Origin: Podarcis filfolensis
Lineage: Eukaryota
Length of the DNA stretch: 64,000 nucleotides
Direction: 5' to 3' (one strand)
NCBI GenBank assembly: GCA_964270895.1
Contig: OZ185439.1
Below are positions 1 through 12,409 of this stretch, piece after piece. Numbering within the stretch: position 1 is the stretch's first letter; each line of letters begins with the position of its first letter. A model generated the notes under the pieces. The model saw only the letters and a list, made by a program, of their open reading frames with translations, was not told the DNA's origin and did no database searches. The position numbers and the translations under genes were made by a program.

Positions 1-949
1 AAACCGCTTTGCTGTCCCAATATGTTTCAAATACAGAAGCCAAGACAATATCAAAGGGAGAGAGAAAATTATTAATCCTGCAGCTAACTAGCTCGCCCTT
101 TCATTCGCCAATTTTGTTTAAAAACAATGGACTTGATGCTGTTTACATGCTACATTCCCCAACCCCCCAAAACGTATATTTACAATTACAATGGTCGTGA
201 TGTGATATGTAGGAAAGTCTCAAGAGGAGCTAAAATACATCTTAACTATTTGTTTTCTAGGTTTTCATGGGAGAAAGCTTTTAACTTCAGAGCTGTTTAG
301 AAACAGGTACCAGAAATCTACTAACGAAGTCTCAAAATTAGAAGGCTAATAACTCCAGCCACACTACTAATTTCTCCTTAGTAAAATGTCTTGCGAAGCA
401 CAGAAAACGGTTGTGAGATGGGGGAAAGCCGTTTGTTGACGACTGCGTAAAGGTGGCAAATGTAGAATTTTATTAACCTCTCTTCTGCTTAGGGGAGGTG
501 GGGATGAATTTATATATCTCTTTATAGATCAATCACACCCTTAGAGCCATTGGACCAACCAGTTTTCGCTTTTCTAAGTAAACAAACAAGCCCACTTATT
601 AAAATACTGAACTTCAACTCATTTCGTTATTGCTACCGATACTAATTTGCAAAAGAGAGAGCGAGCTGGTGATTTGTGTAAAACTCTCCCTAAATAAACA
701 TTCCCAGAGAAAGCGCCGCGTTAAGGGAGTTGCACTTTCTCTGAATACACCAGAAACAAAAAACAAAAAAATGAGGTGGCGATGGGGTTTCTTTTCCCCC
801 TTCCCTGCGAAAGAAAAAGGAGGGTGGGAGAGGAGTAAGGGGGGGCTCCTTCCGTCCAAGATCTCCCCATTGGCCGGTGATTACATGGATGAAACTGACA
901 TGTTTAAAGGGGACGGGCGCATCCGTAATCAGTCTGCCTGGCTAGGACT

Positions 950-2680
950 TCTGTCTGGGCGACCTTCTTGTGACCTCTCTCGCCAGAGGAGGCTGCTGTC
1001 ACTTTAAAAATTTACTGAAAGAGGAGCCTCTGTCTGGCTTCCGATCGGCGAAGAGGTGGGGAGGGGGGGGGAGATACCTCTCCTCTCCTCTCTCTCCCCC
1101 CCTCTCCCTCACTGGCCGGAGAGAGCGCCTTCTCTCATTAAAGAGACAGCTCATGAAAGAGAACCGCCTGTCGGCTGAGGGTTGCAAGAAGGGATCTGGG
1201 GAGGTAGTTTTTAAATATATATATATATTATTTTTTAAGCGCGCGGGGGGATCCTTTCCAAAGAGAGTCTGCGATTGGAAAAGAAGCTCTTAGGTCTGAA
1301 GAGGTGTGCAGTGTGGGGAGGGGAAACCTCGCTCTTCCCCCCTTCTTGCCCCCCCTCTTACACACACACACACACACACACACTCGCTCAAACCCTTTTC
1401 TCTCCTCCCTTGTGATCAAGCGGCAGAGAAGTGAAAAGGAAGTTATTTTCTCGCTCTTTCTCTCCCTCCCTCTCTTCCCTCCGCCTCCCCCCCCAATAAC
1501 TTTCTTGACGCAACACACACACTCACACACGCCCTGCAACCCCCGAGCAGCCTGAGGGCAAGCGAGGCGATGGGAAGAAATTAACACGCCGGGCTCCGAA
1601 TCAATGGGGACAATTAAAGCAATCGGCGCGCGTCTCCTGGCCCCCCCGCCCCGCCGCCGCATCCCCGCCGCTTCCAAGCCCCACCACCAGCTCCCTTCCT
1701 CGCCACTTTCGCATTGAATATCGCGCACACATACACACACCCTACCCCGCAATAACGACCCCCGCCGCCACCACCGCGCCCCCTCAAGGACCCGGAGAAG
1801 TTTCCAGGCGAGGAGAGAGGGGGGAAAGTTTTCTCCAACCCCCCGATCCCCCCCCAAATGCCAGAGAAGGAAATCGGACGCTGCAGGAGGCAAGTCAGGA
1901 AGCTGCGCCTGCGGGACTCCACCGGGTTGCAGAGGCGACACTCTTCTTTGGAGAGCGGCGGCGGCGAAAGGGCGTGTGGGGTGGGGTGCGCGCGTGCAAG
2001 CGAAGTCAGGGGGGGCGGATCTCCTCTTGAGATGTTGCTGGCAGCTGCCTGAAGGATTGATTGCCTCTGCTGTTATTATTTCATTATTATTTTGCAATAC
2101 GCCGCCCTCCTTTTTTTTCCTTCCCCTCTCCCACTGAAAGGAAGGGGTTTTGGGAAGCAGCGGACCTAGTGATCTGAGTGGGCCAAGGTAAGAAGAGCCG
2201 TTGCCAGACGATCGCTCAAGCCAGCTAGTCATAACAACAACAACAAAAAGTGTGTTTCCATGTGGCCCGGGCACTTTCCCCCTCGCCTCTCTCTCTCTCC
2301 CTCCCTCGCTCCTTCCCTCCCTCGGTGGCGCGCTCTCGCTCTCTCTCTTTCCTGGGTTCCTTCTCCAGCCCCCTTTGCAGATTCCACTTGCAAAGAAAAC
2401 AGAAACAAACCTTAAGCTGCGATCTCTCTCTGGCTCCGCACCTTCCCCGCGCGCTCAGCGGCTCTCCTCTGTCTCCGGGGCAGAGGGACGGGGCGGGGGG
2501 CAGTGCGAGATGCGTGTCCGGGATGGGTGGTGGGGATGCCTGTCTGGCTGTCCCAGGTAAGATGGAGCTGACCCAGATCGAGAGACTTGCCAAGCAAGAT
2601 TTGGCCTCAGGTAAAGGTTACTTTAGCCATGTTGCTGTAGTAGTCGCGGGGTGCGGAGAGTGAAAAAGCAGGCATCTGCA
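950..2680 (+). promoter_or_regulatory. MECOM: CpG island; EVI1 internal promoter and alternative first-exon region
   Basis: CpG-dense, GC-rich stretch with GC boxes (ccccgccccgccgccgc ~1643) and GA/CA tracts. Several consensus 5' splice donors lie 2.3-3.1 kb upstream of the 135-nt exon where EVI1 first exons are known to join. Confidence 0.8.
1360..1383. repeat. (AC)12 microsatellite in the promoter
   Basis: Direct reading: acacacacacacacacacacacac. Confidence 0.95.
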
Positions 2681-2753
2681 ATGGCAGGTTTGTTGTATCA
2701 CTGTTGCTGCAGTTATTTCAGAAGTAAATAAATTAAATGTAAAACGAGAATAA

Positions 2754-2756
2754 ATG
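2754..2756 (+). CDS. MECOM: Candidate start codon at the end of an alternative first exon (ATG|gtacgt), in frame with exon 5280
   Basis: gaataaATG|GTACGT: A at -3 and a good donor. Splicing to the phase-0 exon at 5280 gives M-ILDEYYNVKF, like the human isoform recalled as starting MILDEF. Confidence 0.45.
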
Positions 2757-5279
2757 GTACGTGGCTCTCGGAGCGTTTGTTGCATTTTCAAGAGGCTTTA
2801 AGTGTTGCTTTTAAGGATATTTGAGGAGGAGTCATGTCGCAACCATACCTCTGCTTTACAGACTGAGGAGTTCTATATCTTTTTTTTCCTTTTAAAAATA
2901 ACCAGCAGGAGTTAAGCTTAGAATATTCCACGAAAAAAAAAGGCAAATCACTCACTTGACATCAGATCGGGTAAGGAAGGAGGCAAGCAGGGGAAGCGAG
3001 CGATGTTAAGCGCACTAAGTTTTACGTCTCTACCGAAAGTGCACCAAAATGTTCAAACACAACGGCAGAAAGGAGGGAAAAAAGAGAAACAAACTTAAAA
3101 CCCTGGACTTGAACTTTACACTTCAATAGCTGAATTAATTCATTGGTGACAGTTGGAGTTGAAAGGAAGTCAACACGAAAACGAATTATATATAAAGGAA
3201 TTAGGTGTGGAGCTGGGAAGCTTTTCCTTCTTCCTCTCCACGTGCCTCCCCCCCTCTCTCCTCGCCACATTTCCCGGAGCTCTCTTGATTAATTTACCTT
3301 CTGAACTTTGTATGGACATCTGAACCGTTGGATCGCTTAATAAATTTGTGGGAAGAGAAAGGAGTCAGAGGGTTTGCGTGTAGAGGGAAACAAGGGCTTG
3401 GAAGCAAGGCTCATCTTCTTCCCATAACCTTTTATTTTTCCTCTGCCTTGAGTTTCAGAAAGGGGCCCGAATCAACGAGCACTGGCCCTTGCAACCAAGC
3501 GTCTGCTTCTTTGCTTTCTGCCAGATCTCAGTGCCATTTATTTTAACCGAGGACATCATAAGGAATCTGCTTTGGAAACAAGTGTTTGTCAATTGTACAC
3601 CACCGCTGAAAGGGCTGGTTTTTATTTTGTTTATTTTGTTTTCTTCCCGGTGACCCAATTGGAGGCTCAGGTGATGAGGTGAGGTTAGTGGGGTCAAGGT
3701 TATTTTCATACTCTGGGATGTGAGACTTGGCTCACATTTTCTTTCCCTATGCAATGAAGATTTTTGACCAGAGTGTTTACCATTGCGTATGTAAAGAATC
3801 CAACACCTAGTTCACCTAGTGAGATTGACTTTGAAGTGACTTCCCCCCTGGCAATCTCCAGCAAATACTCATTTATTTATTTTTTTTGGTGCATGCCTCT
3901 TTCTTTTAGCAAATGAAACTGGTGGTACCCTTGTTGCTCTTAAGTGCCTCACTGGTTAACAAAACACATGAGAGGCACTTTCTTCGTACCTCTTGCTTTG
4001 TGCCCTCTGCTTTGTCCTCTTGAAGTTTGTGGGGAGTTAATGATCTAAAGCTACTTCTGGGTGATTACCTGAACTCTTTGCTAAAACTGCTCTAGGGCTA
4101 TGGAAATGTGCCCTCCAACTTTTGTCTTTAACCTTCAGGTGGACCTAGATAAAGCAGCTTTCCCACTGGGTTCATTTAATTCCTGATTTGGAGCTGGTAG
4201 ACCAGATTGTTTGGTCCTTGATAGGAAACTTCCTTTAGGTTTTCATTAACTTAAATGATAAATAATACCAGGACGTTCAGTTTGGCCGCCAGAACTGTTT
4301 GTTGTGGATCTGAACATGTGTTCAGATTCTTTCTCTGCAGTTTCTTCCCCTTTCGGTTCTTTTCAAACACACTTTGTATTGGGGGTTGTTCGGTTTTAAA
4401 AAACTTTCCACTACCAGCTGGTTAGCATGCTTGCCATAAGATAGGGGAAATGTTTTAAGATGTATATTTTCACTTTAAATACTGCTCAGTTGAAACCTCA
4501 GGTTAGGCCTGTATGCTGGCAATTTGTGAAACTGCATGTATAATAATTAGCCAGTTATCATAATATTATTCTTATAGGACGGTGTTTATAAAGTAACCAC
4601 CAGCAATCACATTAAGTTTGTTTATTATCCACATATCTGAAACCATTTAGGGGCATGTGCTGAACATAGCCACATTTCAAGCAAGTGTTTACATTTTATT
4701 GCATTTATTTTCTTTGGTGTGGCATAAGAGGCCCTGTTATTAGCCAAATCCTGCAATTTGCTTTGATTAAAGAGTTGTGATTCAAGGTTTGCATATGAGA
4801 GGAATAAATGGAACATTAGGAGAAAATTAATTCCTCGAAACCTAAACTTTATTTAGTATAGACTTTTGAACGGAAAAGGCTTTATTAAAGATGGTAAACA
4901 CAGAATGCTAAAGGGCAACACCTTATATGTGGTTAATCATTTTTGCATCTGTTTGCTGATTAACAAGTTAACATTTCATAAAAATGATTGAAATCATGAC
5001 TGTTCCCTAAGCTTGCAGCACTTAATTAATCTGTTCTTATAGTGATTATTCCACAGCATTTTGATTCTACAAAACATGTTGGGGGGAATGCTCTTACAAT
5101 AGATTGATTGCTCCTTTAATTATTAGGCTTGTTTAAGCTAATCATTTTTGTGAAGTCTACTGAAGAAACCTATTTGTTTGTTTTGAAGAGCTGGGATTTC
5201 TTTTTAATTAGTACAACTTGGACAAGAAACAAAACAAAACACAACATCAATTTATTGTTTTGTATTCTTTTCTTTCTAG

Positions 5280-5414
5280 ATCTTGGATGAGTATTACAAT
5301 GTGAAATTCTGCATTGATGCCAGTCAGCCAGATGTAGGAAACTGGCTGAAGTATATCAGATTTGCTGGATGCTATAATCAGCCCAACCTTGTTGCATGTC
5401 AAATAAGTGATCAG
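5280..5414 (+). CDS. MECOM: MECOM PR/SET-domain exon (EVI1 exon 2; coding in MDS1-EVI1, 5'UTR in short EVI1)
   Basis: Acceptor tctttctag|ATC, donor CAG|gtatgt, 135 nt. Translates ILDEYYNVKFCIDASQPDVGNWLKYIRFAGCYNQPNLVACQISDQ. Confidence 0.96.
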
Positions 5415-8400
5415 GTATGTAGTGAACATTTACTGGGCTTACTTTTAAGAGCTTTATGATATCCTTGGGAGGAAAAAAACAGAATAGCAGCCAACCTAAA
5501 GTTGTGGATGGTGTGGTCTATTTGCTGTTTACGCGTACATAAATTGAAAAGCACAGATGCGAAAAGCAGAACAGAGGTGGTGGTGGTTGCTTTTAAAGCA
5601 GCAACAGCAGCATATGTCTCCCCTAATGTTTGTCCACTTATCCTTATCCTTTTTATGTCAAGCATGGGTCATGATCTTTATATCACCCAAACATATTTGA
5701 AGTGGATATATTCCTGTTTGATGCTAATATTTTCTAGCTAATTTTCTGGTCAAATAGGGCACCCAGTTGTCAAGTTGAAACTTGTGAAATACTCTTTTGT
5801 ATCAATCTCAGTGAAGAAAGGTGTAAAAATAACTTCTCAAATATCCTCTATCAGCTACCTATCAATATCCAGACATATTTTCCCAGTCATTGCACATTTT
5901 ATACCCCTCTTTCTGAAATAAATAATATCATTTCCCATTTTTGCCTTGGTAATTTACAGCAGTAGTAGAAATTTCAATCTGTATAGGAATGGGATGTTAA
6001 TTACATTTGTTCCTTTAAATAGCACTTCTGGAATGCAGCCAGATAAAATAATGAAGGACATTTAGCTTTGAAACAGTATAATGCTGTATTATTCATCTTT
6101 GCATCCCCTCTTCTCCAGGTTCTGCTTAACTTGTACATAAATGTAAAATAAATACAATAATGTGATTTTAAAAATTAATGTAGTTAGAGGATTTGAGGAC
6201 CATTGACTTTTAAAGCAAACACTAAACTGGTTAGAGCAGGGGGCTATGGATTATGTTAATATTTGATGTCAATAAAAGCAGTGCAATCCTATTAATGTCT
6301 ACCGAGAAGTAACCCAGGTAAGCATGCATAGGATTGCAGCCTAAATCGGGTAGGTTGGTTATAACATTGATTTAATTGCCTTGGCATGACAGGGTAAAAG
6401 AAAAGGGGGAAAAAACACAAGTACACACAAAGTTTCAATTAGAAACAATTATTTTCAGTGAAATTATTTACCTTGATATACTCAGTGTTTTATGCTCTGC
6501 CCTTCGCAGAATTTCACATATTTACAAATAACACAAACAAAATCTTTTCCGAATTGGGGTCAGATATCTTCATGTCCTGACTTCTTAAAGCCTCCATATT
6601 AAAGGCATAGAAGATTGAGCAAACAGAATTGGCCACTATTGGTTTTTCTTGCCGACCACATGGTTCAAGTAAAGAAGCAATAAAGGCCATTAGCAAATGA
6701 AATATACATTCTGAAAGTTGCAGTCTGGTTTGCAGAGAAAAATGATCCATCCTGAGATTGTGCAGCCGCTTACAGAAAGGAAACGCCAGTGTTGTGCTCA
6801 ATTTATTTTTACATATAGTAAAGCTTGACTGGGGGAAAAGAAAGTGAATTTAGTAAATAAATCCAAATGGATTTAAGGGGGCAGTTGCTAAGGGCTTGCA
6901 TCTTGATAATGTTCTAAAAATAACAAAACATATGTCAGATTTAAACAGAAATATGTTTAAAACATCTAACACTTGCTCCAACCTATGCACACAGTTTGGA
7001 ATTAACATCACAGAACTCGTTACTTTTTAATGTTTACATTTTTCACAGTTGGTAATGGCACCTGTACTACTGCCAACAAGTTCTTTTCCTAATTCACTGG
7101 AGAGGTATTTATTTTTGCACCATCCTGCACCTTTTGCAGATATATATTTATATAACTGATTGTTCTTCAAATCTGCAAATGAAAAAAACCACTTGCCCTT
7201 TGTGTAGTACACTGCACAAGATACGCAAGGAACATGAAAAATAGATTGAAAGTTAATTCATATCTCTTTACATGGTCAACAATTACACATACCTATTCTA
7301 GTACTTAATAGCATGGGCCACAGGCCACCAAATATCATAAACACATGATTGGAACTCGGTCCCTTTACTTCAAAGTAAACCTGTTTAGAGTCAAGGTACA
7401 AGTTGGTAAATGTCATCTCAAGCCTTAAAGTGAGCTTTCCATGCGGCAAGCCGCCTCTTCCATTGTTTTACCTCAAAGTGGGAGAGGTAAAAGTAAACTA
7501 GGACAGATCAAACTGTGAAATTGATATTATGTGTGTGTAGATGCAAACTCTCGAAAAGGGTGCTCTTTCTACATATAATGTGTATGGATACACATCACTC
7601 TGGGTTCTAGGCAGTCCCACACACCACAAGAAAACCTCTCTGATAAGGCATTAAAACGGAGAGAATACATCCAGAATTTGCAGATGACTAGAGAGAATTT
7701 GGATTGCATTTTCAGGAGGTCCTAGGAAGCATAGGTATGACCACGCAAGTGCTAAACACAAGACTTAAAAAGCTGACTGGAACCATTTACCAGATCTGTT
7801 GTTTCACTCTGTTTCTCCATGAGGAATAAGGCCTGCCAGTTGGTGAATTAGTCCTACTCATCGCCTAATGAACACCCCAGTTGACTGAGATATATTATTA
7901 ACTATTGAGACCAAGGACAGCAGTACTTGATCAGCAGTAATTGTGTTAATCTCTAATTACCTCAAATTACCTGCCAGATTCATTAGCAAATGCTGTACTT
8001 TATCTGGGACAGGGGAAAGTTGTTGCTGTCAGTGTGATGAAACAAGGTCGAATTCACATTTATAGCGCTGAAGGCAAGATAAACTGAAAGACAGACATGA
8101 GCCCTAGACTGCTGGAGGGTTTCAGCTGGGTCTCCAGCCTTTACAATCTAGCCACTCAGCAGAGCCTTTATCATTTAACACCTAGGCAAAGAAAAACAAC
8201 TTTTTGCTGTTGTCTATGCTTAAGCCTTTCTTTTTTTTATTTGTCAAAGTGCTTTGCTTCCCTTCTTCCACTGTCCTCTCCCCCTCCCTTTCTTGTCTAA
8301 GGTCAGATTTCATCACTTTGGAACAACTTTACAAAAGGTCTGGGTTCCTTCTTATAACTATATAAATAAGCCCTACTAAGATGAACAGCTCAAGAATAAT

Positions 8401-10604
8401 GGGATGCAGTCAAAACATGTATGCTGAGAGCAACTCATATTTCATTTGATTGGATGTAGAACAGGACTTTTAAGACTGGATGGGGATAGATTCCTTTTCC
8501 CCTCCCAATAAAGTTGATCTAGAATTTCCCAGCGCTGTCCTATTATCTCCTGTCATGTCTAATAAGTCTTAAAAGTATGTAATTCAAGATGTTTGCAAAT
8601 AATGAATTCCAAATACTGTGCAATAGGTTGTTATATTGGTCGTCCCCCCCCACCATTCCAGGGTACTACCGTTCTTTACAGTGTGCTGTCTATAGGATCT
8701 TGTCATCCGTGTTTCTCAGTGGAATGCATTTTTTGGGGGGGGGTCAGTTTGGACTTGACGGTAGCTTGAGGAAAATTGGTAAAAGTTTCTTATTGTGTTT
8801 TGGGACAAATCTGTATGTATCTTTGCATACTAAACCTGCTTTCTTACAATTTACCAGTCATTGGTTTGTAACAAATTTGTGTCTGCTTCACATAGGTTTT
8901 CATGACTGATTGAATACAAGTTTGTTTTCTCTTTTTTTAAGGGATACAGTAACTTTATTAATATATACTGAATTTTGAGATTTGGAGAACTGTAGCCTTG
9001 AAGAGATTGGTTTGTGTGAGACAGTTTGAAAGTACAAATTTGTGGTATCTTAATGTTTAAATAGCTGTTTTCCAGGTGGTAGTAAATTATACATTCTTTA
9101 TGTTACGGTTTCCAGAATTCTCAAGGGAAATAGAGCAGTCCCCATACCTCATGGAAGTAGACAGCTTATACTGGTGTTACAGTACACCACTACATTTTTT
9201 TCATCAGCCATAAGACAAGCGTACCTGTTTTTATCCAGCACATATTGGAAGGGTATGCATGATGTTGATCCTAAAAACACAAAAGTTTAAGCTTAAAAGA
9301 ATTGAAAGCAAACCTCATGGAAAAGAGAAATGTTAAATTACAGTCGTGGATATTTCACAGTCTGATCCTCTGCATGTCTATTTGGAAGTCAGTCCCACTG
9401 AATTCAGTGAGTGGGAATTCACATTTACTCCCGAGAAAGTATGTAATCCTAAGCGCATATACCAGGGAGCAATTCCAATTGAGAACAAGTTTATGATTGT
9501 ACTGTAAAATATAACTATAGCGAAGTCATTTTTTATTATTATAAGATAGCAGAATGTTCCATGAGCTTCAACTAGGCCATTGACTGCTTTTTGAAATCCA
9601 GTAAGGAGGCATGCAACATTTTTAATATTAAAAACATATGTATTGTGTGTATTTATATAACACTAAATTTCTTCATATGATGGAGAATCGTGAAAATATG
9701 AAATGCATCGTTAGTTCTCATGCCAAAATTAGACTAGTAGATGGATTTTAGCTTGCTTTGTATTACAAAGACCATGTTTTACTACACCTGGTTTTGTTCT
9801 ACTGGGAATAAACATGGTAGGGCTATTATACAGTCAAACAAGTATAATACAACTATTAATTTTTTTTATCAAGTTCCTTCCATTATTTTAAAACACCAGT
9901 GCATTTGCTTTAAATAGTTTTAAAACACATTGCTTACACACACAAACACAAGCCGCCTATTTAATTAATATTTTGTAATTTTGAAGATACATTTTTAAGC
10001 TAACCTTATATTTGCAGCAGTTTCATTCTATGGCTCAAGTCTGCCAACAATTGCTTACATTCAGCCTCATCCACATATATTTGAATTTAAGCAGTTTTAA
10101 ACATACATGCCTGGATGCCCGTGCTGTTCTTTTAGAGGCATTTTCTTATACATGATGGGTATGATCAGGCATGCGCCTAAGTCCATTTTTTCCACTGGGT
10201 TCTTGACTGTGGTTTAGGATTGGGAGTTTAGCCTGAATACAGTCCTCTGGACAGTGCTGCTGCTCTTAGTAAGTCTACTCAGGAAAAAGTGGGTTGTAGG
10301 TTTCAGTAGTCTTCTGACCCAACTGCCTTGAAACCAGCAGTTCCACAATGGCTTTTTCTAGTGACTGTTTATGGTATAATATGTAGAAATGGCACTATGT
10401 ACTCACAAGTACATGTATCCTGTAAACTATTTGGAAGTTGTACTGATTTGCATACAGTTAAATTTATTATGTGTGATTTAGCAAGCAAACGAACATTTAG
10501 GCAACATTAAGACTAAATCTGAATCTGATTTACCACGATTAATTCCCACTGCCCCAACTGAGGAAGTTATGTTCTGTTGTCATATAGTAATGTACCCACA
10601 GAGG

Positions 10605-11584
10605 CCAATTGGGGAGAGATCATCAGGGGGTTTGGGCTGGGTGTTCATCAGATGATACCCAGTTCTACTTTTCTTTTAAATCAGAACCAATGAAGGTGGT
10701 GAAGGTCCTGTGTGAGTGTCTGGAAGCGGTTGGAGGATAGATGGTGGCTAATGGATTGAGGTTGAATCCTGACAAGATAGACGTACTGTTTTGGGGGGAC
10801 AGGAGGCGGGCAGGTATGGAGGACTCCTTGGTCCTGAATGGGGTAACTGTGCCCCTGAAGGACCAGGTGTGCAGCCTGGGAGTCATTTTGGACTCACAGC
10901 TGTCCATGGAGGAACAAGTCAAATCTGTGTCCAGTGCAGCTGTCAACCAGCTCCATCTGGTACACAGGCTAAGACCCTACCTGCCTGCAGACTGTCTCCC
11001 CAGAGTGGTGCATGCTCTAGTTAACTCCCGCTTGGACTACTGCAATGCGATCTACGTGGGGCTACCTTTGAAGGTGACCCAGAAACTACAACTAATCCAG
11101 AATGCGGCAGCTAGACTGGTGACTGGGAGCAGCCGCCGAGACTCTATAACACCAATCCTGAAAGACCTACATTGGCTCCCAGTACGTTTCCGAGCACAAT
11201 TCAAAGTGTTGGTGCTGACCTTTAAAGCCCTAAATAGCCTCGGCCCAGTATACCTGAAGGAGCATCTCCACCCCCATCGTTCTGCCCAGACACTGAGGTC
11301 CAGCTCTGAGGTCCTTCTGGCAGTTCCCTCATTGCAAGAAGTGAGGTTACAGGGAACCAGGCAGAGGGCCTTCTCGGTAGTGGCACCCGCCCTGTGGAAC
11401 GCCCTCCCATCAGATGTCAAGGAAATTAACAACTACCTGACTTTTAGAAAACATCTGAAGGCAGCTCTGTTTAGGGAAGTTTTTAATGTTTGATTCTATT
11501 TTTAATATTCTGTTGGGAGCCGCTCAGAGTGGCTGGGCATACCCAGCCAGATGGGTGGGGTATAAATAAATTGTTGTTGTTGTT
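10605..11584 (+). mobile_element. 5'-truncated L2-clade LINE (dead RT C-terminus plus 3'UTR and tail)
   Basis: ORF 10741-11493 has LNPDK, LDSQLSM, RLDYCN, LQLIQNAAARLV, LHWLPV and FKALN motifs typical of L2/CR1-group RT. The upstream YADD is broken by a deletion and there is an in-frame TAG at 10738. It ends in cagatgggtggggtataaataaattgttgttg. Confidence 0.92.
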
Positions 11585-12239
11585 TGGAGGGGGGAGAGGA
11601 ATAAATGTTTTCCAGAGGCAGCATGGATCATATTCAGAGGCCTTGCATTGACCACTCTTGCTTTAAACTTCTGTTGTGTCCTGAGATGCCCTAAAATTGG
11701 AAGGAAGTTTTCAGAAATCTTAAGTCATTTCAAAACTTGCCAGTGCACAATGAAAGAACTTGGACAGCTAGCCTTTAATAGGCACAATCAGACAAGCATG
11801 CCGTTCTCTCTAAGTGAAAAGAAATTTGTTGATGGGAGATTATCTTATAATCTTTGCAAGCATTTAAGAAATAATAGAGAGGATTAAAGATGCCTACAGT
11901 GAAAATGCTGTAATTCACTCAGTGGTTTCTGCCAACTCCTTTTGTTCGTTGTTGTTGTTTTTCTTTTAAAACTGGTAGTAGAAGAACGTAAGAAAATTCA
12001 CCTTGAATTCTACTCAAGGTGGGATTATGTTGATTAATCTATTTAATAAAGTCCTGTGTAAACATATTACTGTTAAGTATCCCCATTTTCCTGACACTGG
12101 GTGGAAGATTTGACATTTTGTTTATTGAGTTCTCTATGCCACACTGCATATGGACAGGTGTCTACACCACAATCAGCAAAACTGCAACTGGTATTCTCTG
12201 GCATGGTTGTTGCATGCTAGATTCAGAAGGTGAAATATA

Positions 12240-12409
12240 CCGTATTTTTCCGTATATAAGATGCCTCCATGTATAGGACACCCCCTATTTTGGGGGACTT
12301 CAAATTAAGAAAACACCCCTCAGCACTACCCGTGTATAAAACGAACCCCAATCTTAAACCTATTTTTTTGGTTAAAAAACCCCCTAGTCTTATACACAGA
12401 AAAATACGG
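12240..12409. mobile_element. Tc1/mariner (pogo/Tigger-like) MITE, 170 bp
   Basis: TA|ccgtatttttccgtatataag ... cttatacacagaaaaatacgg|TA: inverted termini with a TA duplication. Confidence 0.88.

Noticed and set aside
261-306. Possible 46-nt exon (ttttctag|...CAG|gtacca)
   Set aside because: The splice signals are plausible, but the donor is mediocre and nothing else supports it.
1228-2274. 348-aa antisense ORF over the promoter, plus other overlapping ORFs in 600-2700
   Set aside because: Low-complexity translation of GC-rich and (CA)n/(GA)n sequence; no domain motifs; long stop-free frames are expected in CpG islands.
10741-11493. 250-aa ORF as an active reverse transcriptase or host gene
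   Set aside because: It is only the C-terminal part of an L2 ORF2; YADD is deleted, there is an upstream stop, and the element is 5'-truncated.
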